A program made the translations under genes and the position numbers. A stretch of DNA of 64,000 nt from positions 608,001 through 672,000 of the forward strand of contig CAWCUS010000006.1 in assembly GCA_963798845.1 (NCBI GenBank), written 5' to 3'. Of the stretch, positions 10,259 through 18,428 are shown piece by piece. The stretch's first letter is position 1. Each line of letters starts with the position of its first letter. Source of the stretch: an uncultured Gemmatimonadales bacterium. Its GTDB lineage: Bacteria > Gemmatimonadota > Gemmatimonadetes > Longimicrobiales > RSA9. Below the pieces are notes generated by a model. That model was not told the DNA's origin. It ran no database searches and was given only the letters and a program-made list of their open reading frames with translations.

Positions 10259-11104
10259 TCAGTGGGGGCGCGTCAGCCTGATCTCACCGTTGAATGATTC
10301 CAGCTCGAGCCGCGCGCTGCCGGAACCGAGCGTGAAGCTGAACTGCCGGTCACGCGTCGAGCCGCTGAGACGGATCGGGAAGTCGCTCTCGAACTCCCCC
10401 TGGTACGTCGCCACAACCACCATGGCGTTGGCGCCCTCCCCCACCGAAACCGCGACGTCTCCGTTGTGGGTCGAGAAGACGTAGCGCCCGTCGTCGACGA
10501 TGGTGCCGTCGTACACCACGTCGCCGTTCACGGTGGTCGCCCGCGCACTGGCGGAGCGGACGCGGCGCATGGTGATGTCGCCGTTCGTCGTCTCGACGTA
10601 GATGTCGCCGTCCACGCCATCGAGCATCACGTCCTCGTTGACGGAGATCGCTTCGATCCGGCCGCTGGCCTTCGCCACCGTGATGTCGCCCTGGATGCTC
10701 CGCAGGCTCACCAGTCCGGCGCCGCCCACCACGTGGACGTCACCGCCCACCGTCTCCACGGAGACCTCCCCCCGCGTGCCGGTCACCGTCACGTCCACGC
10801 GATTCCCCTGCACCCGCACGTTCATCCACTCGGGGACGGTGATGCGCACGTCCATGTCCTCCCGCGCGGACCGGGGGCCGGGGCGCACCCGGACCGTGGA
10901 GCCGTCGCGCACCACGTCCAGCGACGCCCGGTCCCCGTCGCCCGCGATCCCGACCGCGCTGCGATCCCAGGTCGACACGATCACCTCGCCCCGCACGTTC
11001 ACCACCTCGAGGCGCGCTCCCCGGGACACCGTTATGGCCGTGTCCTGGGCCGCAGGAGGCGATCCGGCCAGGGCGAGGGCCGCCGTCAACAATGCCGTCA
11101 GCAT
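10259..11104 (-). CDS. DUF4097 family beta-strand repeat exported protein
   Basis: Signal peptide, repeated T(V/T/H)NGD motifs, LESFNGEIRL. Confidence 0.9.
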   Translation of the reverse strand: MLTALLTAALALAGSPPAAQDTAITVSRGARLEVVNVRGEVIVSTWDRSAVGIAGDGDRASLDVVRDGSTVRVRPGPRSAREDMDVRITVPEWMNVRVQGNRVDVTVTGTRGEVSVETVGGDVHVVGGAGLVSLRSIQGDITVAKASGRIEAISVNEDVMLDGVDGDIYVETTNGDITMRRVRSASARATTVNGDVVYDGTIVDDGRYVFSTHNGDVAVSVGEGANAMVVVATYQGEFESDFPIRLSGSTRDRQFSFTLGSGSARLELESFNGEIRLTRPH

Positions 11105-11126
11105 GATATCTATCCCGCCTTCGTCG

Positions 11127-11810
11127 TTAGATGCTCGCCGCCTGCCGGAGCAGGTCCATCTTCCGTCGCATGGTGTCCGCCAGATGCTCGCTCAGGAACG
11201 CGCTCGAGGGATCCGCGGTCAGTGCCCGCCGCGCTTCCGCGATCGCGCCGTCGATGATCTGGAGGTTCCGCTCCACCACGATGATGGTCTCCGGGTCCAG
11301 CTCGTTGCGCCTGTGCTCGAACTCCGCCTCGAGATCCGCCACCGCGTGGTCGTAGGCCGTTGTGAACGATACTGCCGTGGCAGCCGACCTCCCGTCCGCG
11401 GGCGCCGCGGCCACGGCCGATCCCGGCTCGACGGCCGGAGCGTGCCGGAGCGCCGCCCACACGCCGCTCGCCGAAAGGAGCGCCGCGGTCAGCACGGCCG
11501 CCGCGAGCTGCGGGACCGTGAACAGGAAGCGACGGCGCACGCGCGCCAGCGGGACCACGCGAGCGTCCGGAGCGGCGAGCGTCCGGGCGCGCGGCGTCAG
11601 CTGCGCCTCGATGCCCGGCCAGAGATCGTGGGCTGGCGGGAGCTGCGGCAGCGACGCGGCCTGCGCGACAACCGCCCGCAGCTCATCCACGGTGGCAGCG
11701 CACTCTCCGCACTCGAGGAGGTGGGCTTCCATGCCCCGGAGCTCGGCTTCCTCCAGCTCCCCGTCGATGTACTCGGACAGTCGTGCCGTCCACTCGTCAC
11801 GCGTTCTCAT
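11127..11810 (-). CDS. zf-HC2 (ZAS) membrane anti-sigma factor
   Basis: LSEYIDGEL...HLLECGEC (HxxxCxxC) plus one TM helix; directly downstream of the ECF sigma. Confidence 0.92.
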   Translation of the reverse strand: MRTRDEWTARLSEYIDGELEEAELRGMEAHLLECGECAATVDELRAVVAQAASLPQLPPAHDLWPGIEAQLTPRARTLAAPDARVVPLARVRRRFLFTVPQLAAAVLTAALLSASGVWAALRHAPAVEPGSAVAAAPADGRSAATAVSFTTAYDHAVADLEAEFEHRRNELDPETIIVVERNLQIIDGAIAEARRALTADPSSAFLSEHLADTMRRKMDLLRQAASI

Positions 11811-11811
11811 C

Positions 11812-12354
11812 TCACGCCCTCAGGTGTGCCCGCAGCGCCATGCGCGCTTCGTGCAGCTGTGACTTCGAAGTTCCCGCCGAGATCCCGAGCATGTCTCCGA
11901 TCTCCCGGTGCTTGAATCCCTCCACATCGTGGAGCACGAACACCTCCCGCATCCCGTTCGGCAGACGGGCCATCGCCCGTTCCAGGTCCATCCGGTGCTC
12001 CGGGTGGGACCGCGGAGCCGTCGCCCGCTCCAGGGCTCCCTGGTCCGCGACGAAGCGGTCGAGCCGCTTCCCCGCCTTCGCCCGCCGCGCCAGGCAGACG
12101 TTGATCGCCAGGCGGTACAGCCACGTCCCGAACGACGACTTCCTTCCGAACAGCTCCAGCTTCTCCCACGCCCGGACGAACACGTCCTGCGTCACATCCT
12201 CCGCCAGCCCGCTCCCGACCATCCGCATCGCGAGCGCGTGGATCCGCCCCACGTGCTGCCGGTACAGGCGCTCGAATGCCCGGGTGTCGCCCGCCATCGC
12301 GAGCTCGACGTCGTCCGCATCCGTGGTTCGAAGCATCTCGGCCGTTTCAACCAT
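11812..12354 (-). CDS. ECF sigma factor
   Basis: GDTRAFERLY, AEDVTQDVFVRAW, FGTWLYRLAIN, GFKHREIGDMLGISAGTSKSQLHEAR. Confidence 0.95.
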   Translation of the reverse strand: MVETAEMLRTTDADDVELAMAGDTRAFERLYRQHVGRIHALAMRMVGSGLAEDVTQDVFVRAWEKLELFGRKSSFGTWLYRLAINVCLARRAKAGKRLDRFVADQGALERATAPRSHPEHRMDLERAMARLPNGMREVFVLHDVEGFKHREIGDMLGISAGTSKSQLHEARMALRAHLRA

Positions 12355-12419
12355 TCCGAGTGTTGAGATAGGGCGGGGGGGGGAATGGTTGGGAAGATAG
12401 GGGGATTGGCTCGCTGGCG

Positions 12420-12556
12420 CTCGCAGAGGGGCTCGGCCTGCGGCCTCGCAGAGGGGCTCGGCCTGCGGCCTCGCAGAGGGGCTCGGGCTTCGCCCTCGCA
12501 GAGGGGCTCGGGCTTCGCCCTCGCAGAGGGGCTCGGGCTTCGCCCTCGCAGAGGGG
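12420..12556. repeat. tandem 25-bp repeat array: core ctcgcagagggg x6, linked by ctc plus a mini-hairpin
   Basis: Cores at 12420, 12445, 12470, 12495, 12520 and 12545; linkers ggcc-tgc-ggcc (x2) then gggc-ttc-gccc (x3). Confidence 0.95.
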
Positions 12557-12619
12557 GGAGGGGGGAGGGGGAGGGAGAGACGCCGGGCGAGGGGGGGCCG
12601 GGCGTCTCGTCGGGGGGCG

Positions 12620-13243
12620 CTAGTTCAGCAGGGGCTCGATCAGCTCTGCGAAGCTGGTGCGGGCCCGGTGCAGCCGGCTCTTGACCGTGCCCAGGTTCAC
12701 GCCCGTGATCTCCGCGATCTCCTCATAGCTCTTCCCCTCCAGCTCACGCAGCCGGAAGACCAGCTGATGATGCGCGGGCAGCTCCGACACCGTCTTCTCC
12801 ACGATCTCTTCCAGGTACCGATTCCGGTACAGGCGGTCCGGCTTCATCGCCGAGTCCTCGAACTGCAGCGGACGATGGTCCGGCTCCCAGTGCGTCGTCA
12901 GCTTCTGGAAGAGCACCAGCGGGCTCCGCGAACGGTTGCGCAGCTCGTTCTTCGACAGGTTCGAGCAGATGGTGTAGATCCAGGTCGAGAACTTCTTCGA
13001 CTGATCGAACCGGTGCAGGTGACGCGTCACCCGCACGAACGCCTCCTGGACCAGATCCTCGGCCCGGTCCCGGTCCCCCGTCTTCCGCGCGATGAAATGC
13101 ACCAGGCGGTCCCGGTACCTGTTGTACAGCTCCGAGAACGCAAGCGGATGACCCTCCAGGTGAGCCGCCACCAGCTCGCTGTCCGTCATGTCCAGCAGCG
13201 ACACCCGCTTCTGTTCTTCAGACTTCATAATCGCCATGCACAC
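12620..13243 (-). CDS. ECF sigma factor (second, no adjacent anti-sigma)
   Basis: AEDLVQEAFVRV, KFSTWIYTICSNL, GKSYEEIAEITGVNLGTVKSRLHRAR. Start may be one of the next Met codons. Confidence 0.93.
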   Translation of the reverse strand: MCMAIMKSEEQKRVSLLDMTDSELVAAHLEGHPLAFSELYNRYRDRLVHFIARKTGDRDRAEDLVQEAFVRVTRHLHRFDQSKKFSTWIYTICSNLSKNELRNRSRSPLVLFQKLTTHWEPDHRPLQFEDSAMKPDRLYRNRYLEEIVEKTVSELPAHHQLVFRLRELEGKSYEEIAEITGVNLGTVKSRLHRARTSFAELIEPLLN

Positions 13244-13454
13244 CCCTCGGCTATCTCAACCCCAACGGGGACCCGCGCCCCCTCGATTCACCCACCGCCA
13301 AAGCACGGGCCCGGTTTCACCCGCAGCGAAAACCGGGCCGTTCCTTCAACCGACGTTGAAATATAAGGCCACACCACCACAGCCGCAAGCCCTGTTTCGA
13401 CCCGCGTTGAACTATAGTGAGAACGGTTCCGGTTCGCAAGACGCGAGGGATCAC

Positions 13455-13510
13455 CGGAGATCCGGAGAACCCCCATTTCCCGCGGAGATGCGGAGAACCC
13501 CCATTTCCCG
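13455..13510. repeat. 28-bp tandem duplication in the infC-ECF intergenic region
   Basis: cggagatccggagaacccccatttcccg / cggagatgcggagaacccccatttcccg (1 mismatch). Confidence 0.9.
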
Positions 13511-13565
13511 CCAAAAAGTGGAGGATGCCGGGAATTGTGCGGGACGTGCTCCGGTGCCGGGCGTC

Positions 13566-14087
13566 CTACTCGGCGGCGTCGGGCTCGAGGGTCATCTGCA
13601 TGACGCGTCCCTGGAGCCCGCGGTCCTTGCTGGAGACGTTGGCGACGTCATCGAGGCGCTCGGCGACCTCGTCGAGGACGCGGAGTCCGTTCTCGGGGCG
13701 TCGCATCTCGCGGCGGCGGAAGCGGACGGTGATGCGGACGTGCTGGCCCTTCCTGAGAAAGCGGCGGGCGTTGCGGACCTTGAAGTCCATGTCGTGCTCG
13801 TCGGTCTTTGGCCGGAACTTGAGTTCCTTGAGCTCGTAGGTGTGCTGCTTCTTCCTGGCTTCCTTGGCCGCCTTCTGCTGCTCGTACTGGTACTTGCCCC
13901 AGTCCATGATGCGGACGACGGGCGGGCGGGCGCCGGGAGCGACCTCGACGAGGTCGAGGCCGAAGTCGGCGGCTTTCCGCCGTGCTTCGTCGATGGGGAT
14001 GATGCCCAGCTGTTCGCCGTCGGGGTCGATGAGGCGGATGGGGCTGATGCGGATGTCGTCGTTGACGCGGGTTCTGGTCCTGGCTAT
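13566..14087 (-). CDS. infC: translation initiation factor IF-3, non-canonical AUA start
   Basis: The frame extends upstream of the tracked ORF: RVNDDIRISPIRLIDPDGEQLG...GLDLVEVAPGARPPVVRIMDWGKY...KELKFRPKTDEHD. SD GAGGAGG lies 5 nt before ATA at 14087. Confidence 0.95.
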   Translation of the reverse strand: MARTRTRVNDDIRISPIRLIDPDGEQLGIIPIDEARRKAADFGLDLVEVAPGARPPVVRIMDWGKYQYEQQKAAKEARKKQHTYELKELKFRPKTDEHDMDFKVRNARRFLRKGQHVRITVRFRRREMRRPENGLRVLDEVAERLDDVANVSSKDRGLQGRVMQMTLEPDAAE

Positions 14088-14129
14088 GAGAGCCTCCTCG
14101 GGGAAGTGAGCGTGGTCGCGGTGAGGGGG

Positions 14130-14990
14130 TCAGCCCTGGTGCCGCGGTGTGTCGTCGCGCGTGCAGCGGAGCGTGCCGTCTGCGGGGGTAAAGGTGACCC
14201 ATCGCTGGCCGTCGGACAACTGCTGGTCCGTGACCGGGGAGCAGAGCGGAGCGACGTGGTCGCCGCGAACGACGAGGGCGGGCTGGTCGCCCGCCTCGAG
14301 GGTGAAGTCGGCGGTGCCGGCGGGGAGTTCGACCACGAGGTCCAGGGGTGGCCCGGCCGGCCTGATCTCGATGTCCGCGGGGTCGCCCGGCTGGACGGTC
14401 AGCGGTCGGCTGGCGTCGATCCGGAAATGTTCGGTGCCGACGCGCACGGTGATGCTGCGGATCCCGGACAGGTCCGGCACGCGGACGGTGCGCGCGGGTG
14501 TGGCGTCGGCGTAGGTCGTGAAGAGGCGGGTGTGGAAGCGGCCCGCGGCGTCCGGAGTCCACGCGGCCGCGGCCGCGGGCTGGCCGGGTGCGGCCTGCTC
14601 GTGCCACCGGAACGACCGGCCGGCATCCCAGCCGCCGATGGTCTCGGCGCCCGTGCGACCGGGGAGCTGGACCGAGACCCACACGCCGCTGGGAACGGTG
14701 ATCATGTAGTCCACCGGCCCGTCACCGGAAGCGGCGAGCGTGAGCTCCTCCTGCTCGGAGAGTCCCGCGTCGGTGAAGCCGCGATCCGAGCGGCTGGCGA
14801 CGTGGACGGCACCGGGCTCCCCGCGCATGACCTGGAGCGACCCGGCAGCGTTGGCATCGACGTTCACTCTGAGGGAGGTTCCGGCGAACGCGAAGCTCTG
14901 CCGGGCCACCTGCCACTCCTGGGCCGCCGCGGGGGCGACGACCGTTCCCATCGTCGCGGCTGCGACGACGACCGCGTTGTAGAATTTCAT
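14130..14990 (-). CDS. hypothetical exported protein
   Basis: SD GGAGGAG, then signal peptide MKFYNAVVVAAATMGTVVAPAAAQ and a beta-rich body. Confidence 0.75.
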   Translation of the reverse strand: MKFYNAVVVAAATMGTVVAPAAAQEWQVARQSFAFAGTSLRVNVDANAAGSLQVMRGEPGAVHVASRSDRGFTDAGLSEQEELTLAASGDGPVDYMITVPSGVWVSVQLPGRTGAETIGGWDAGRSFRWHEQAAPGQPAAAAAWTPDAAGRFHTRLFTTYADATPARTVRVPDLSGIRSITVRVGTEHFRIDASRPLTVQPGDPADIEIRPAGPPLDLVVELPAGTADFTLEAGDQPALVVRGDHVAPLCSPVTDQQLSDGQRWVTFTPADGTLRCTRDDTPRHQG

Positions 14991-15049
14991 GGCCAGCTCC
15001 TCCCTTTGACTCCACGTCCATCTAGCCCCGGCAGCGTGCCGGGGTTCCG

Positions 15050-15634
15050 TCATCCGGGGCTGTCCGGGCTGTCGGGGCGGGCGGCGGCGGCGGCTTCCTC
15101 GCCGGTGGCGGTGCGGACGCCGCCCGGATCGGCGACCAGCTTGAGGGTGCGCACGAGGGTCGATTGGCGCGCTTCCGGATCGCGCGCCAGCACCGCCGCC
15201 GCGATCTCGTTGGTCCGTTCCGGGTCGGTGCTCTCCAGAGTTCCCTCCGCCGTGACCGTCTGGCCCCGGCGCACGTGATGTGGCGAGTCCACGCGGATGA
15301 TGCGCGACCCCGACAGCAGCCAGAAGACGCCGCTCCCGGTCGCCACGACCTTTCCGCTGGCGTGGGCCTGCTTGTGCTCGGCCCGTCCATCGAGCGGGGC
15401 GAATTCCGCGAGGCTGGGGGAGGACGAACCCTGGTAGGCTGCGCGCGGAGCCATGGGGATCTCGGCGGGCAGCGTCACGTCGGCGGCCGAGTCGGCGGTC
15501 TCGGGCGGTGAGCCGTTCGGCTCGTCTGCGCTCAGCAGCGTGGTGACGCCCCATCCCAGCAAGCCGAGCACCACCAGCCCGGCAAGCCACGGCCAGTTGG
15601 AACGCTGCTTCCTGCTGATGTCGGTGTGCTGCAT
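15050..15634 (-). CDS. hypothetical membrane-anchored protein
   Basis: MQHTDISRKQRSNWPWLAGLVVLGLLGWG anchor followed by a small beta (OB-like) domain. Confidence 0.7.
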   Translation of the reverse strand: MQHTDISRKQRSNWPWLAGLVVLGLLGWGVTTLLSADEPNGSPPETADSAADVTLPAEIPMAPRAAYQGSSSPSLAEFAPLDGRAEHKQAHASGKVVATGSGVFWLLSGSRIIRVDSPHHVRRGQTVTAEGTLESTDPERTNEIAAAVLARDPEARQSTLVRTLKLVADPGGVRTATGEEAAAAARPDSPDSPG

Positions 15635-15728
15635 AGGTTCATGCCAGTGCCCGGTTTCGTCCACCCGCCGTCCCCGCCGCGCCTGGGGGAGCGAGTGCAA
15701 CAAGTGTTCCCCCGACACCTCGGGCTGC

Positions 15729-15791
15729 GCTGCGGCCCCGCGCCTCGTTGCTGCGGCCACGCGCCTCGTTGCTGCGGCCACGCGCCTCGTT
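15729..15791. repeat. 3 x 21-bp tandem repeat immediately after the PBP stop codon
   Basis: gctgcggcc(c/a)cgcgcctcgtt at 15729, 15750 and 15771. Confidence 0.9.
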
Positions 15792-18274
15792 CAGCCTCGG
15801 CGGGCGTGCCCGTGGCCCACGCCCGAGGTGTCGGGGCGGGGACGGGCCGGTCGGCCGGCGGCGGGCTTCGTCGCCCCGCTGGTGCTGTCGGGCCTGGCGG
15901 TGGAGCCGGTATCGGGCCTGGTGGACCCGGTGTCCGGCCTGGTCGGCCGGGCGCCGGAGGTGTCGGGCTCCGCCTCGCCGTGGAGGCGCAGGGTGTCGCG
16001 GTGGATGCGGATCGTGTCGGGTGGTGGGGTGCGGCTCCGGTCCGGGAGGATCGTATCGGGCCGCTCCTGGGGGCGGTGCTGCTGCCCCTCGTCCTCGTCG
16101 CCGAAGATCCGGTTGCGGAGGCGGTCCCACCACGACGAGCCGGACTCGTACCGGCCTGTGGAGTCCGTGTACAGGGAGTCGTAGCCGTAGCCGTACCCGC
16201 CGCAGCCCCACGCCCGGACGGTCCCGCGCAGGAAGTACTCTTGGTGGACCCCGCCCATCACCGGACACCCCTCTGCGAGCACGTTGCCGTTGTCGTCCAC
16301 CTCGTAGCGCTCCACGCCGGGCGGCGGTGTCCAGTCCTGGTTGTGCGTGGCCACGGTCCGCATGATCCGGCCCCAGACCGGCGCCGCGAGGCGGCCGCCC
16401 GTGGCGCCGTGCATGATCCGCTGCGGGCGGTCCATGCCGATCCAGATGCCCGTCGTGATCTCCGGCGTGAAGCCGATGAACCAGGCGTCGGCGGACTCGT
16501 TGGTGGTGCCGGTCTTCCCCGCGGCGGGGGCCGTGAAGCCGGCGCGGCGGACGGCGTATCCGGTGCCCTGGTCGATCACGCCCCGCATCAGGTCGACGGT
16601 CACGAACGCCACGTCGGAGTCCAGCACGTGACGGGCGCGTGGCGGGACCTGGAGGACGACCCGGCCGTCCCGATCCGTGACGCTCGTGATGTAGCGGGGG
16701 TCGGGACGGTCCCCGAGCGTGGCGAAGGTGGAGTAGGCAGCGACCATCTCCACGAGGTTCACGTCGGCGGCTCCGATGGCGATGGAGGGGAAGTGGGGTA
16801 TGTCCTCGGAGATGCCGAGGTTCCTGGCCATGTCGATGACGCGGTCGAGGCCGACCTCCTGGGCGAGCCGGATGGTGGCCACGTTCTTCGAGTCGATGAG
16901 CGCCTCGCGCATGGTCACCCGCCCCGAATAGCTCCCATCGTAGTTCTTCGGCTCCCACACCCGCCCGTTCTGCACCAGCCGGTAGGGGGTGTCCTCCAGG
17001 ATCGTGGTGGGCGGGTAGCCGGCCTGGACGGCGGCGGCGTAGACGAATGGCTTGAACGCGCTTCCCGGCTGGCGCAGCGCCTGGGTCGCGCGATTGAACT
17101 TGGACGCCTCGAAATCGCGCCCCCCCACCAGGGCGAGCACGTCCCCGGAATGCGCGTCCATGACCACGGCGGCGGCCTGGAGGTAGGGCGAGGCGGCGGC
17201 GGAGTCGTCGGCCGCGTCGTCGGTCGCCTCCTCGAACGAGGCGTGGCCGTAATACCCGTAGCGCCCGGCCTCGATGGCGCGCAGCTGCTGCTTCAGGTCA
17301 CTCTGCGCGGCCTCCTGCGCCTCCAGGTCGAGTGTGGTGTGGATGCGGTACCCTTCCGTGTACAGCGCATCGCCCAGACGGTCCTCGAGCAGCTTCCGGA
17401 CGTGCTCGACGAAGTAGGGCGCGCGGTTCGCCGACTCCGCCTCGCCGTGCGCCAGCTCGGGCTCCGACTCCTCGACCTCGTTGGCCCTCGCCTCGGTGAT
17501 GTAGCCGGCGCTCACCATGCGCCGCAGCACCGTCTTCCGCCGCCGCAGCGCCGCGGCCATGTTCTCTCGCGGGTTGAGCCGGGACGGGGCCTGCGGAAGC
17601 CCCGCCAGCAGCGCGGCCTCCCCCAGCGTCAGCTGCGTGGCACGGTGGCCGAAGTACTCCTGCGACGCGGCTTCGATCCCCCATGCTCCACTGCCGAAGT
17701 AGATCTGGTTGAGGTAGAGCTCGAGGATCTCGTCCTTCGTGAAGCGGCCCTCGATCTCCCGCGCCACCTTGATCTCCGAGATCTTCCGGGTCAGCGTCCG
17801 CTGCTGGACGGGGAGACGCTTCGGAAAGACGTTCCTCGCCACCTGCATCGTGATGGTGCTGAACCCTTCCTCGATCCCGCCCGCCCGGATGTTCTGCCAG
17901 AGGGCGCCGAGCACGCGCGACCAGTCGACGCCGCCGTGATGGTAGAAGTCCTGGTCCTCCGTGGCGACGAAGGCCTGGGGCACGTAATCGGGCAGCGAGT
18001 CGAGGCCCACCACCACCCGGTTCACCTTGAACAGCCGACCCACTTCCTCACCGTCTCGGTCCAGCACCACGGACGCCTCGTCGGGGACGAACCCGCTCAC
18101 CTGCTCGACGGATGGGCAGCCCTGGAAGGCGCACGTCTCGTAGGCGGCGAAGAACACACCGGCGACGATGAAGCCGACGACGAATACGGCGACGACGATC
18201 GCCGTCAGAGAGAATGCTCCCGGGCGGTTCCTGCTCTTCCGCCCCTGGCCGGAACGCTGATCTTCGGTTGCCAC
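15791..18274 (-). CDS. class A penicillin-binding protein (PBP1A family)
   Basis: TG motifs EDQDFYHHGG, GFSTITMQ, RKISE, KDEILELYLN; TP motifs SAFK, SKN, KTG. Confidence 0.96.
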   Translation of the reverse strand: MATEDQRSGQGRKSRNRPGAFSLTAIVVAVFVVGFIVAGVFFAAYETCAFQGCPSVEQVSGFVPDEASVVLDRDGEEVGRLFKVNRVVVGLDSLPDYVPQAFVATEDQDFYHHGGVDWSRVLGALWQNIRAGGIEEGFSTITMQVARNVFPKRLPVQQRTLTRKISEIKVAREIEGRFTKDEILELYLNQIYFGSGAWGIEAASQEYFGHRATQLTLGEAALLAGLPQAPSRLNPRENMAAALRRRKTVLRRMVSAGYITEARANEVEESEPELAHGEAESANRAPYFVEHVRKLLEDRLGDALYTEGYRIHTTLDLEAQEAAQSDLKQQLRAIEAGRYGYYGHASFEEATDDAADDSAAASPYLQAAAVVMDAHSGDVLALVGGRDFEASKFNRATQALRQPGSAFKPFVYAAAVQAGYPPTTILEDTPYRLVQNGRVWEPKNYDGSYSGRVTMREALIDSKNVATIRLAQEVGLDRVIDMARNLGISEDIPHFPSIAIGAADVNLVEMVAAYSTFATLGDRPDPRYITSVTDRDGRVVLQVPPRARHVLDSDVAFVTVDLMRGVIDQGTGYAVRRAGFTAPAAGKTGTTNESADAWFIGFTPEITTGIWIGMDRPQRIMHGATGGRLAAPVWGRIMRTVATHNQDWTPPPGVERYEVDDNGNVLAEGCPVMGGVHQEYFLRGTVRAWGCGGYGYGYDSLYTDSTGRYESGSSWWDRLRNRIFGDEDEGQQHRPQERPDTILPDRSRTPPPDTIRIHRDTLRLHGEAEPDTSGARPTRPDTGSTRPDTGSTARPDSTSGATKPAAGRPARPRPDTSGVGHGHARRG

Positions 18275-18428
18275 GAAGCCTGGTTGTTGCGGGTCATGTC
18301 GCCGTACGTGCTGCGGGGTCCGTATGTGGCAAGTAACAGGCCGGGCAGCGCGGCGGGGCGTCCGGATTTTGCGGATCGTCGAGGACGCGACTAGCTTTGG
18401 TGGCCCTCACCCTACCCGAGGAGCCTGC

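Noticed and set aside
9452..12354. ECF/anti-sigma/2xDUF4097 cassette as novel
   Set aside because: This is a familiar ECF envelope-response architecture.
12420..12556. CRISPR array (also considered for 62875-63081)
   Set aside because: The period is only 25-26 bp, the linkers are repeated hairpins rather than unique spacers, and no cas genes are in the window.
15626..18394. Long antisense or alternate-frame ORFs (e.g. 922 aa here, 27391..29682, 33891..36155, 40582..42642)
   Set aside because: These are expected stop-poor shadow frames in high-GC DNA, overlapping genes with clear motifs.
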